A program made the position numbers and the translations under genes. From contig NC_068989.1 in assembly GCF_001194135.2 (NCBI RefSeq), positions 75,150,065-75,214,064 of the forward strand: DNA of 64,000 nt, in the 5' to 3' direction. Positions 1-12,374 of this stretch are shown here, one piece after another. The notes under the pieces were generated by a model. The model was not told the DNA's origin, made no database searches, and saw only the letters and a list, made by a program, of their open reading frames with translations. The stretch is from Octopus bimaculoides. Lineage: Eukaryota. Each line of letters opens with the position of its first letter. The stretch's first letter is position 1.

Positions 1-490
1 GCGTTGTATTGAACAGATTTTCACCAAATTTGGCAAAAATATTCATAGCCCGAACCCTAAAGCTAAAACCAATATAAACACACGAACGATGTCATAAATA
101 ACAGTACCGCCGATAGTTGTTGTTGACAAACAACGGCACTAATTTTATTCAAGGGAAAAGGTCCCATTACACCGCCACAACGTGTTGTTGACAAACCACA
201 GCAGTAATTGTTTTCGCCTTGTCAGTGATTGGTTGAAATTACTGAAATACGACAACTTTTAACATGAAATAACTTCGAATATAAAAATTTTTCTCTGTTC
301 TATAACATAAAATATACAAGTATATGAAGTTTTAAAGCGTTTCAGTAGAAAACAAACTAAATAAAAAATGGTGTCCGCTAAATCAAAAAGATCTCCATTT
401 TGTATTAATTGTATGCCAGTTGTTGTTTGACTGTCCCTTATCCATATGCAAAGGTATGATCTCCTATCCCCTTAAGGGTTGAATTTAGAA
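1..490. repeat. Unclassified interspersed repeat, possibly Helentron/HINE-like
   Basis: Two GTTGTTGACAAAC copies, CACCAAATTTGGCA and a terminal CCCCTTAAGGGTT palindrome. The family assignment rests on resemblance only. Confidence 0.25.
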
Positions 491-861
491 CAATTAATCC
501 TTTGAACACAACAATGCCTACTTCTGAAATTTATCACCAACTTATTTCAGTATTCATTTGAAGAGCAAGGTATTCTCTATAGAATGAACTGACAGCAGAG
601 AGTAAAATAGTTACTGTTCCTTGTGTTGTATGTATTATTTACATTTATTGAGGGTTGTGGTCCATACATGTAAAACTTGATAAGTAAAACTAACAACCAA
701 GGATTTTATTACTACAGCAGTGAGTCAGCATGGAAATATATATGTTTTGTTCTTATATGATGGTTGTTGTGATACATACATCACACACACCCCCACATGT
801 ATGCATATATACATGTACATACATAAAAGCACACAGGCATATACATATATGTATATATAAA

Positions 862-1095
862 GGCGGTGAGCTGGCAGAAACGTTAGCATGCTGGGCGAAA
901 TGCTTAGCGGTATTTCATCTGTCTTTACGTTCTGAGTCCAAATTCCGCTGAGGTTGACTTTGACTTTCATCCTTTTGGGGGTCGATAAATTAAGTACCAG
1001 TTACACGCTGGTGTCGATGTAATCAACTTAATCCCTTTGTCTGTCCTTGTTTGTCCCCTCTATGTTTAGCCCCTTGTGGGTAATAAAGAAATAAG
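862..1095 (+). mobile_element. tRNA-derived SINE, family A (Nin/Deu-like central domain)
   Basis: A-box-like TGGCAGAAACGTTAG and B-box-like GAGTCCAAATTCC, with core CTTTCATCC..GGTCGATAAA..AGTACCAG. Other copies lie at about 11258-11440(+), 27340-27455(-, 5' part), 29775-29990(+), 34165-34305(-), 37645-37800(-), 56480-56675(+) and 63738-63935(-). Confidence 0.8.
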
Positions 1096-1129
1096 ATGTA
1101 TACATATACACACACACACACACACACAG

Positions 1130-1182
<53 letters not shown>

Positions 1183-1591
1183 GATTACAGAAAATTGAAA
1201 AGGCAAATTTTGGGCAGTCAAACAGATTCCCAAACACATAAATGAAAACATTCAATCAAAGTTGCTGAATCATATATATTTATACACATCACCATAAATC
1301 ATGCATGAACAGGCATGAAGATTTTCCAAGAGTATAAAGAATAAAACCAAACATGCATAAAAATATAGGAGAGATATAAAACTATATAAAATTACATATA
1401 AATAAAAATTATATGTGAGGAGTTAAGCATGATAAATATAGGAGGTGCAAAACGAATGATAGTTTGATAAATATAGGAATAAAAGTGTCAATTTTAAAAT
1501 GGCAAACCGCCTAAATCATCTAAAACTCACTTATACATAGTTATAAGATAGAGATTACACTCGATTTGAAGGTTAAAAAATTCATTAAAGT

Positions 1592-2095
1592 TTAATTATT
1601 ATTATTTGTTACATTAGTATTTGGGGTCGTTATCTTAACTTTACCCTTATTTCTGTTAGTACGTAGTGTTAGTTCTAAAGCATTATTATTAGTTGCACTA
1701 TTGTTGTTCTTATTACTAGCTATACCCTTAATTTCATTAATATGTAGTCCTACCCCTAAGTTATTATTAGCTACACTATTGTTGTCCTTATTCATTATAT
1801 GTTTAATTTTACCCCTATTTATAGAAGCTGTTATTGTTCCTAAGTTAGGCATTACTGAGTACAAGAATTTTACAGTAGATTTATTGCAAATGGCATGGTA
1901 TTTGTGATGCTTTAGGAAGTTAGATTGTAGACTATCAAAGAACAATCTAGGTAGATTTGTAACCCTAAGTGAGAAAGGAGGGGCAAACCAAATAACTTCA
2001 CGTATTCTGTATTTAGAATTTCTATTTGTATAAGAAGTCTCAGGAGTGGGAGGTTTATATTTATGATTTCTCGGTTTAAAGGCAGGGCTGCTGCT
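1592..2095 (-). mobile_element. Penelope-like retroelement fragment (post-RT region, tentatively Naiad-type)
   Basis: The minus frame reads RIREVIWFAPPFSLRVTNLPRLFFDSLQSNFLKHHKYHAICNKSTVKFLYSVMPNL. This matches the PLE motif IIWFNPPFS..HKLHKIFNRNTVKVSYSCMPNM. Confidence 0.8.
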
Positions 2096-2455
2096 TCCTT
2101 ATCCTGCCTGTCCAAGCGTGCACTTGCTTTGAAACGGCTACTACAGACTGTGGCCAGAAAGGGGTCTCACGGAGTAGCGTCCCTGCCTGCCTTCCTGAAC
2201 TAGTATTCCACCAAATTTCTTAAAAATCATGGTAGAGACCTTGGTCTCAGGACCACTCATGTTATGACCAAGCTTAAATACTATTGGAACTTACTCACAA
2301 GGTACAGGAATCTTATCTATATACCATTCTGCTTAAATAATGGAACTGCAGATACAATATCCCTGCATATCTCACATCTATTTTCATTCCTCCACTTCAC
2401 TCTCTATTTCATATCTTATCTAGAAAAAACTATTGCTTAACCATTTTCTCACACC

Positions 2456-2503
2456 GTCTCCAACGAAGGGATATATAAAATATCCTGGAAACAGCTGTGA
2501 GAC
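2456..2503 (+). pseudogene. Decayed type-I hammerhead ribozyme of the PLE type
   Basis: GTCT-[CCAACGA]-A-GGGATAT-ataaa-ATATCCT-g-GAAAC-AGCT-GT[G]-AGAC. All three helices are present but the catalytic core is mutated. Confidence 0.6.
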
Positions 2504-2899
2504 CTTCTATTTATAAATGTTCTGAAATCTCATTCTGTTAATTTATATATATATATATATATATATATAAACAATATTATTAAAATTAATAATAATATCT
2601 CTGAAAATATGTGTCAACACAACATTATCAAGGTAATCCAGATTGGTGAAATTCCAACTGAACATCTGAAAAAATTTTAGCTGTTAATAAACGCTAACAA
2701 AAAGAAACGCCTAAATTAAATTTAACTTAAGACATTCATTCATTCAACCAATAGTGATGTCATTGAGTAACTACTTTACTGTATAAAAATAAAAGATAAA
2801 ATAATACCATACTAATTCTATATTTTTTTAACAATTTGAAATCTACATAGAAAAATAATCTAGAAAAATAATCTAAAAAAAATTACCTAAAAATGAGTA

Positions 2900-3725
2900 T
2901 TTTTATATACAATTATTGATGCTGTTGCTGGGTAAGTAAAGAATAAAACTACAGACAAGAATTCTATGATATGCTTAATAGATAAGTAAAGAATAAAAGC
3001 TACAGATAATAATTCTACGTAATGCTTAATAGAAACTCAGATACTTTTGCATCGCAATAATTAATTACCTAATTTTTTAATATATTAAACTCTTTTAAAG
3101 GAATTAATCTTATTATATAATAAATGAAAAATTATTAAAACTGATAATATATATAATTGTTGATGACTTCACTGGATAACTAAGGAATAAAAATTACAGA
3201 TAAGATAATTAAATACCTATGTAGTATATTAAACATTTTATAGGAATTAAACTTATATAATAATTCAAAAATATTTCAATTATTAATTATGATAATTTTA
3301 AAAATATTATATAATAAGGATAAGGTGTTTAGCTGGCAGAGTTGTTAGCACGCTGGGCGAAATGCTTAGTGGTATTTCGTCTATCTTTAGGTTCTGAGTT
3401 CCAATTCCACCGGAGTCAACTTTGCCTTTCATCCTTTCAGGGTTGATAAATTAAGTACCAGTTGCGTACTAGGGGGCGATCTAATCGGCGGGCCTCCTCC
3501 CCCCAAATTTCAGGCTTTGTGCTTATAGTAGAAAGGATTATATAATAAGGTTATTCCTATTAAAGTGCTTAATATAATGAGTAAATTATTAATTATTGTG
3601 GTGTAAAGTATCTAAGCTTCTATTGAGCAGAATGTAGAATTCTTCTCTGTAATAAGTTATCCAGTGAAGTCATCAATAATTATATATGTTATTAATTAGA
3701 ATAATTTTTCAATTATTATATAATA
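2900..3725. repeat. AT-rich foldback / tandem-inverted repeat
   Basis: About 3000-3200 is the reverse complement of about 3537-3725 (for example TGATGACTTCACTGGATAACT vs AGTTATCCAGTGAAGTCATCA). Partial tandem subunits occur at 2936-3035. Confidence 0.7.
3320..3536 (+). mobile_element. SINE family A with 14-bp target-site duplication
   Basis: ATTATATAATAAGG at both 3306-3319 and 3537-3550 flanks a full family-A copy. Confidence 0.8.
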
Positions 3726-3732
3726 TCGCTTT

Positions 3733-4035
3733 ACTGGCACTTGTGCCGGTGGCATGTGAACAAAACATTGGCTGACTCCTGTGCAGGTGGCACATAAAAA
3801 ACATCATTTGAGCGTAGCCGTTGCCAGTACCGCCGGACTGGCCCTTGTGCCGGTGGCACATAAAAAGCACCCACTACACTCTCAGAGTGTTTGGCATTAG
3901 GAAGTGCATCCAGCTTTAGAAACTTTGCCAGATCAAATTGGAGTCTGGTATAGCCATCTACTTTGCCAGTCCCCAGTCAAATCATCCAACCCATGCTAGC
4001 ATGGAAAGCGGATGTTAAATGAGGATGATGATGAA
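3733..4035 (+). mobile_element. RTE LINE 3' UTR tail
   Basis: GGCAC(G/A)TAAAAAGCAC repeats, GGCATCCAGCTGTAGAAAC-like and CCAACCCATGCTAGCATGG motifs, ending in (GAT)n. Other copies: about 17276-17441(-), 22085-22230(+), 33680-33870(+), 38610-38780(+), 44255-44465, 52320-52435(-), 53668-53835(-). Confidence 0.75.
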
Positions 4036-4099
4036 AGTTAATTCTTATAAAAGGTTTAATATAACAAATAAATAGGTATTCAATTATTTCATCTGTCAT

Positions 4100-5880
4100 T
4101 TTTATTCTTTAGTTATCCAATGAATTTCAGTTGGAATTTCACCAATTTGGATTACCTTGATAATATCATGTTGACATATATCTTCAACTGCTAGGATGTG
4201 ACACTTTTTCATGCATCTGTCCTCATCCATTCTTAACACATGACCATACCAGCACAGTTGTCTGTCTCTCTTGCACACCACATCTGAGTCTTCTAGTCCA
4301 ACTTTTCTTTCAGGGCGCTTACACTCTGTCAGATGTGTAATGCACACTAAATTTACATATCCAGTGGAGCATAATGGCTTCATTCCTTGCAAGCTTATGC
4401 ATGCCCTCAGCAGTCACAGCCCATGTTTCACTGCCATGTAGCATGCTGTTCGTACACATGTGTCATACAGTCTGCCTTTTACTCTGAGTGAGAGGCCCTT
4501 TGTCACCAGCAGAGGTAGGAGCTCTCTAAACTTTGTCCAGGCTATTCTTATTGTAGCAGCTACATTTTCAGAGTATCCACTCCCGCTACTGACTTGGTCA
4601 CCTAGGTAACAGAAGCTATCAACTACTTGTAGTTTTTCTCCCTGAAATGTGACAGAAGCTGTTCTCTGCACATTTTCAATGTATTTTGCTCCTGAGCATT
4701 TGCCACATACAAAAACTATCTTGCTAGTTAGCCTTCCTTTTATATTGCTGCACCTCTTAAGTGTCCATAGTTTACACTGGGTACATCTTATGGAGTTTCT
4801 ACCTACGCCTTTTCTACAGATCGAGCAGAGCCATTACCTGAAAGGATTTGTGGTTTGTCTGCCTTCCTACTTATTAAGACTTTGGTTTTACCTAGGTTCA
4901 CTCTAAGGCCCTTCGATTCTAATCCTTGTTTCTACACCTGAAATTTCTCCTCTAGTTCTGATAGTGACTCAGCAATTAAAGCTAGGTCATCAGCATCGAG
5001 GAGCTCCCAGGGGCATCCTGTCTTGTATTCCTCTGTTATTGCCTGGAGGACTATGAAGAATAAAAGGGGGCTGAGGACTGATCCTTGATGGACCCCTACT
5101 CTACCCGGAATTCTTCACTGTACTCATTGCCAACCCTTACCTTACTGACAGCATCCCTGTACATGGCTTGCACAGCTCTCACTAACCATTCATCTATCCC
5201 TAATTTCCTCATTGACCACCAGATAAGGGATTGGGGAACCCTGTCAAAGGTTTTCTCCATGTCAACGAAAGCCAGGTACAGAGGTTTATCTTTGGCTAGG
5301 TATTTCTCCTGCAGCTGTCTTACCAGAAATATAACATCAGTGGTGCTTTTCCCTGGCACGAACCCAAACTGCATTTCATCTAGGCTGACACTCTCCCTAA
5401 TTAGTTGGGCTATGACCCTGTCTGTGCCCTACATTACCTGATCCAACAACTTGATACCTCTGTAATTATTTGAATCTAAAGCGTCACCTTTGCTTTTGTA
5501 GCAGTTGACTATGGTGCAGCTACACCAGTCATTTGGTATGATTACTTCATGTATCACCTATACAGGTGACTAGGCTATAACCGACACTGCCAGATGTTTT
5601 TAGCATCTCTGCGGTGATTCCTGATGGGCCAGGGGCTTTCCCTGTCTTGATACACGTTATTGCTTTATCTACCAAAGTACAGTCAATTCGGATAGCTGGT
5701 CCCTCTGTTGGGTCAGCATTTGGCAGACTCTCTTTCTTCCATTCATTCTCTTTTTTTAGCAACTTTTCTCCAAACCTCTCTCTTTGCAGCCTCGTTTAAT
5801 GCAAGTGAATCATCATCTATGCAGACACATTTTTCTCCTACGACATCATGATTCTCTTTCACACAGTCTTACAACATGAA
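4100..5880 (-). mobile_element. RTE-clade LINE, RT domain and C-terminus, with stops and frameshifts
   Basis: KTGKAPGPSGITAEML; QFGFVPGKSTTDVIFLVRQLQEKY; YLAFVDMEKTFDRVP; SFCYLGDQ; LCWYGHVLRM. Confidence 0.92.
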
Positions 5881-5884
5881 ATAC

Positions 5885-6905
5885 CTCAAGTCTATGGACA
5901 CATAAGAGGTGCAGCAGCATCAAAGGAAGATTAACTGAGAAGATAGCTTTCATGTGCGGTAGATGCACAATGGCAATAAAAACCACAGATGCTCAGAAAA
6001 CAGATTCCATCACACTCCAAGGGAAGAAACTAGAAGTAGGTGACCAAGTTAGCAGTGGGGGTGGATGCTCAGAGAGTGTTACCACTAGAATAAGAATAGC
6101 CTGGGCAAAGTTTAGAAAGCTTTTACCCCTTCTGGTGACAAAGGGCCTCACGTACAGAGTGAAAGGTAGATTGTATGATGCATGTATGCGAACTGCCATG
6201 CTTCATGGCAGTGAAACATGGGCTGTGACTGCGGAGGACATGCGTAGGTTCGAAGGAAATGAAGCATGATCCACTGGATGTGTAATGTCAGTGTGCACAC
6301 ATGACAGAATGTAAGCGCCCTGAGAGAAATGTTGGACATAAGTAAGAAGCATCAGCTGTGGCGTGCAAGAGAGAGACGTTTGCGCTGGTATGGTTATGTA
6401 CTACGGATGGATGAGGAGAGATGTGTGAAGAAGTGCCACAACCAAACAGTTGAAGGAATCTGGGGTAGAGGTAGACCCAGGAAGACATGGGATGAGGTGG
6501 TGAAGCATGATCTTTGAACGCTGGGCCTCACAGAGGCAATGACGAAAGACCGTCATCTGGAGATACGCTGTGACTGCAAAGACTTGAGGAGACCTATTGA
6601 GTCAAGTACATCAACATCAAAATAAAAATCAAATGTAAATCGTAGTTGTGATGCCTGTGCCCGTGGCACGTAAAAAGCACCAACTGACCGTGGCCACTGC
6701 TAGCTTCCTCTGGCCTCTGGGCTGGTGGCACGTAAAAAGCACCCGCTACACTCATGGAGTGGTTGGTGTTAGGAAGAGCATCCAGCTGTAGAAACTTTGC
6801 CAGATCAGATTGAGCCTGGTGCAGCCTCCTGGCTTCCCAGACCCCGGTCGAACCGTCCAACCCATGCCAGCATGGAAAATGGACGGTAAACGATGATGAT
6901 GATAT
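5885..6905 (+). mobile_element. 5'-truncated RTE LINE with 3' UTR and (GAT)n tail
   Basis: RIRIAWAKFRKLLPLL..LHGSETWAVT and RLRWYGYVLRMDEERCVKK..GRGRPRKTWDEVVKHDL, followed by the 3' tail. Confidence 0.92.
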
Positions 6906-7328
6906 ATATATACATGTATATATATGTATGTATATATGTATATACATGGACATACATACATATATATATGTGTGTGTGTGTCTGTGCTTGTACCCTGACC
7001 ATCGCTTGAGAACTGATGCTGTGTTCACGTCCCTGCAACTAAGCCGCTTGGCAAAATACTTCGATAGAATAAGTACTAGGCTTACAAAGAATAAATCCTG
7101 GGATCGATTTCTTTTAATAAAACGGTGCTCCAGCATGTCCGCAGTCACATGACTGAAAGAAATAAAACAATAAAAAAACTACGCCATTTTAATCCGGAGC
7201 AACGCCGGGTTTCTGTGCTATNNNNNNNNNNNNNNNNNNNNNNNNNNNNNNNNNNNNNNNNNNNNNNNNNNNNNNNNNNNNNNNNNNNNNNNNNNNNNNN
7301 NNNNNNNNNNNNNNNNNNNNNNNNNNNN

Positions 7329-7373
<45 letters not shown>

Positions 7374-7494
7374 GTATATATATATATATAAATAATTATT
7401 TATATATTTATATATAAACCGTCCTTAACATTTTGACCTGTTACATACCATAATTAGGAATATACTGCTCGACAATATTAAAGTATAGATACAT

Positions 7495-7536
<42 letters not shown>

Positions 7537-7599
7537 ACACACACACGTATGATGTTATGAAAATTAAAATCGATATCTTTCACTAACAGTAATAAACAT

Positions 7600-7820
7600 A
7601 CAGATGAAAAAAAAATGTAAACTGCATATCGTTGTTTCCAAAGGGAAAGTATCGAAGTCTGCTTTGACAACCCCACACATGTTTGTTAATGAATCAACGG
7701 CCGGTGATCCATTATCATCATCATCATCATTAATAAAGATCGTCAAGAGGAGATAACTGCAAACGGACTAGTTGCGAACACGCGGGAACTTGAGGTCATC
7801 CTTTTCTCACACATAACAAC
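7600..7820 (+). promoter_or_regulatory. IPO5: Probable IPO5 promoter / 5' UTR
   Basis: Unique, CpG-retaining sequence directly upstream of the ATG, with CGCGGGAACT (E2F-like GCGGGAA core) at 7781-7790. The TSS cannot be determined from sequence. Confidence 0.55.
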
Positions 7821-7901
7821 ATGGCTGACGATCAAACACAATTCGAAACTTTGTTGGGAAATCTTCTCAGCGTGGATAAAGACATTCGGACACACTCCGA
7901 G
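7821..7901 (+). CDS. IPO5: Importin-5 (karyopherin beta-3) coding exon 1, MADDQTQFETLLGNLLSVDKDIRTHSE
   Basis: ATG in ACAACATGG context; 81 nt = 27 codons; donor GAG|GTTGGT, phase 0. Resembles the IPO5 N-terminus as I recall it ([23 protein letters not shown]). Confidence 0.93.
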
Positions 7902-10900
7902 GTTGGTACAGAAACTTTAAGAGAGCTACGTTGCTAAATTTCTTTCAATTATTTCTGCCTCTTGCTGTTGTCTTTACCGCTGTAAATCGATTCGGCGAAT
8001 ATTTTGCTAAGAGGAGGGGGGGAAGAAATATTTTTCGTTATATAGATATATCTATCTGTATCTATATATCCTTACATTTATATGTATACGTGTGTATATC
8101 GTTGTATAAATGATGACAGATCGTGTCTTTATGATGTTTTAGATGCCTGTATCTCTTTCTGTGAATGTTACCCAATGAATTCTTTAGGAACATGTGTACA
8201 CAGTTTTTGTATGAATCCTGTTACTAGCTTCGAGATGGAGATTTTTCTTTTGTTGCTTTTGCGCTCACGTTGCCGGTCGTTTTTCTTTTCATGTTTTAAC
8301 TGTAATTTGTTATCCAAGACATATTTTTGTCTACGATCTACCAAAAGAAAAATGAAAAAAGAAAAAAAAGAAAATCGATAGTTTTAACAAACATTGTATG
8401 ATGGAATCCTTTCGTTGCATAAATAATTTTTATATCGATCCACCAAACTTCTTCCATAAATATCTCCAGGATAGTAACAGCATACATAATTTTTTTTAGT
8501 TGACTATAAATTGTCTGTTTTCGCTCTATCAATATATTAACCTTTGAAATAATGTCTTAAATATTACAGCATTTTTGACTGACTCCATCATTTTTTTTTT
8601 TTTTACCATAAGTAGATTCAGAACATTCGTTGGGATTGTGTCTAATTCGCATCGTGAATTTTTATATATATATATATATNNNNNNNNNNNNNNNNNNNNN
8701 NNNNNNNNNNNNNNNNNNNNNNNNNNNNNNNNNNNNNNNNNNNNNNNNNNNNNNNNNNNNNNNNNNNNNNNNNNNNNNNNNNNNNNNNNNNNNNNNNNNN
8801 NNNNNNNNNNNNNNNNNNNNNNNNNNNNNNNNNNNNNNNNNNNNNNNNNNNNNNNNNNNNNNNNNNNNNNNNNNNNNNNNNNNNNNNNNNNNNNNNNNNN
8901 NNNNNNNAATATATAGTTATGCATCTGTTGTCATTTAATAACTTTGATGTATAAAAATTTAAAAATTCAGATTTAGTATTTAGCTGGTAAAAGAAAATTT
9001 ACGAATATATCTCTTAAATTTATTTCGAGTGAATGTGTGTAGAAAGCAAATTTCGAGAAGCTCTTTACCATGTGGCCCGAAGCCGGTGAGATGTTATTCT
9101 ATCACCAAGTTATACATCCTTACATACCCGCATATAACCATAATGTAGGAATGTATGTATGTATAATGCGATTACAGAATTGATTTGAATTTGGTTAGCT
9201 TATTTAAACTCAAGACATAAGACATGTATGTAGACTTTATGTCTGTGCGTATATACATATATAATGACGAATTGTTACTACGTTGTTAAATATTATTGAC
9301 AATGTTTCTTATTTTTTTTTTTTAAATATCTACCTACATGTATAAAATAACATAGCATGTCTCATTGAATATCCAGTATGTAGATTAAGGTGTATAAGTT
9401 GTAATATTAAACAGGTGAGAACTGAAACTACACATGTGTATTTATTGATTTATGTATATTTAAGCCAGATGCTTATAATTCTCAGGGTTGTTAGAAAGCT
9501 TTGAAAAATTCCTACATATCCATGTGTTTGAATTTTTTAAAGAATCAAATAGTTAGGATAGCCCTTTTTTGATGACAGTTTATGCTTAAAACCCGAGCAT
9601 CAAGTGAATACGCCCTTTTTTTCTATCTAACCTTTAATTTTTTACTGTCTTAACAAACTTAAGTGATCTTAATTTCTTCTTCCTCTCAAAAAATAGAATC
9701 GTGACGACCATCTTATATTTAAACTGAGGGTTTAAAAAATATTTTTTATTTTTAATCCGTTAAAAGAAGAAAAAAAAGGAACAAACGAATTCCATTTTTC
9801 GAATATTAAGAAATATTTCCTTGCATGCTGGTGCGTAAAAATTCTGTGTTCATTTCTGTGTGATGGCGAGGGTGTGGGGCAAAATTCCACCCATGTGTGT
9901 TTCTCTGACAAATAAGTAATTACTCAAACCTAATTTTTTTTTCTTTGTTACTACGTTCGTGTTGAAGCAACATCTGTTGTAGAGCTATTTGTTTGCATCG
10001 GAGTAAAAAAAAGGCGGGATTAGGGGTTAAGTTGGAAAAAAAATAATTGGTCGTGAGATTGTTTAGATCTGACATGAGACAGAANNNNNNNNNNNNNNNN
10101 NNNNNNNNNNNNNNNNNNNNNNNNNNNNNNNNNNNNNNNNNNNNNNNNNNNNNNNNNNNNNNNNNNNNNNNNNNNNNNNNNNNNNNNNNNNNNNNNNNNN
10201 NNNNNNNNNNNNNNNNNNNNNNNNNNNNNNNNNNNNNNNNNNNNNNNNNNNNNNNNNNNNNNNNNNNNNNNNNNNNNNNNNNNNNNNNNNNNNNNNNNNN
10301 NNNNNNNNNNNNNNNNNNNNNNNNNNNNNNNNNNNNNNNNNNNNNNNNNNNNNNNNNNNNNNNNNNNNNNNNNNNNNNNNNNNNNNNNNNNNNNNNNNNN
10401 NNNNNNNNNNNNNNNNNNNNNNNNNNNNNNNNNNNNNNNNNNNNNNNNNNNNNNNNNNNNNNNNNNNNNNNNNNNNNNNNNNNNNNNNNNNNNNNNNNNN
10501 NNNNNNNNNNNNNNNNNNNNNNNNNNNNNNNNNAAAAAAAAAAAAAAAAAAAATGAATGAATTTAACTAGTATGGTAATTCGAAAATTGACCCGGGTCCT
10601 CCTCCTCATTTGGAAAAAAATCAATAAGTTCTTGTCTAGTGATTTATTTTTCTAATTAAAAAAATTAAATTTTCTGCATCTCTTCTAATGGCCTACATCT
10701 CTATATATTTTTCTTAGATTTCTGAATACCCTCGGGGTTTTGTTTCGAAAGATTAGATTTTTCAGATCTATTTTATTATATTTATTGATGTAATGGAGAC
10801 TGGTGTAATTCTTGTTATTGTTGATAGAATGTCACAAATAATACTGATACTTCCTCGAGTGATGGAGATACTTATCGACTCCGAAAATCCAAGAGTAGAT

Positions 10901-11534
10901 GTCGAAACAGTCCTCTATCTCTGCTGCCCTCCTAAACTGATGAAAGTAGTAACCTCGAACTTGTCAGATTCTAAATAGTAGTATATTGTTCCTGTGTGTG
11001 GCTTTTTCGTTAGATTATTTTTGCAATTATTCTGATTTTGACTTTTCATCGGAAATCTCTGTTAGTAGAATCTTTAACCACCTCTCGAAATTTTGTGCAC
11101 CACATTTTTTAAAACTGTTACTCTTTTCTTTTCCGTCTGTCTCACTCTCTGCCTCATTTTCTTGTATTGGCAAGTTCAAGATAGGAATTTTTAAAAATGA
11201 AGTGACATTCTTTTTTTCTGTCATCGTATTTTTTACTTTTCATATTTAATATTTTAGGTGAGTAGATTGGCAGAATCGTTAGAGCGTCAGATAAATTGCC
11301 ATTTGCCTTACTCTAATTTGCTGCAGCTCTTAATGTTCCAAGTTCAGATTCCACTGATGTCAACCTTGCTTTTCATCTTTCTTGGGTTGATATAATAGAC
11401 TGTCTCCTTCCTTGAAATTTGAGCCCTGTGCCACTGTAAGAAATATAACGAAAACTTCTTTTGCCATATCATGGGAGATTACACCTAGCTGTCTAATGTC
11501 TATCTCTTTCTAGGTATTATTATATATGACTCCA

Positions 11535-11770
11535 CCTGTGCCTCTTACCTATCTCATCCACTTCTTAAAGTGCACTTTGCAACTTCTTGAACTGACAAGA
11601 TGGCATCTGACCAACAGATTCGCTAAATACTTTGAAGATAACTTTGGCAATGATCCTCCAGTTTCATGTCATTTCTGACTTGATCAATCCTCTTGATATT
11701 TCCAATGTGAACAAGAACTTATCTTCTCTCTCCAAACACCCTCCCTCCTATAGATTCAATACATACACTT
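11535..11770 (+). mobile_element. Decayed PLE GIY-YIG endonuclease C-terminus
   Basis: Broken frames give (K)CTLCN.., TRWHLTNRFAKYFEDNFGNDPPVSCHF and EQELIFSLQT..YRFNT. These resemble GIY-YIG YIGET..RFxEH..PVxxHF..ExxxIFxLxTLxPxGxN. Confidence 0.5.
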
Positions 11771-12374
11771 TTTTCTGTATCACATACATCACTACTTCAT
11801 ACACACACAATTGCAGCATAGACAGACATATATTCACTTCTACCATACCTCCATAAACACATATATCACTTCCTCCACACCTCCATAAACACACTCATCA
11901 TACATGGCCTCAAAACCGGCCACAATCATATATATATACTACTCTCATTCTTGCATGCTAGACTCAAGCAACATAATAATACAGTGTTCAAATGTTGTAC
12001 ACCTACAGAACACACTCACACACACAGCTCCAAATTACACGACTAGCACACCCCAAAATTTTAATTGCACACTGGATCACAATTACCTCCCCAGTTGACC
12101 TTGTAAATATGAAATTACTTTCTTTCTTGTTAATTTTCTGTCATCTAGAGCTTACAGCTCTAGTCAGTGCCAACATGAGGTGAAAAACTAGAATACTTTT
12201 CTCCATTATTCCTGTTTCTCCTTTCTTCTTTCTGTTTATCTTTCCTAAGAATTGTCTAAGCTCAAAACATTCACAACTTATCTACCCCCCCCCTTTTTTT
12301 TCAGCATTAACCTGATAATTAGACTTTGTTTTCACTTTGTCTTCTGTATGACACACACACACACACGTATATAA

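Noticed and set aside
1701-1907. Hydrophobic signal-peptide-like ORF on +
   Set aside because: It is the antisense of the Asn-rich PLE frame; the Leu/Ile richness comes from TTA/ATT repeats.
10930-10975. CTGATGA..CGAAC..GTC
   Set aside because: The GAAA is incomplete and there is no helix I.
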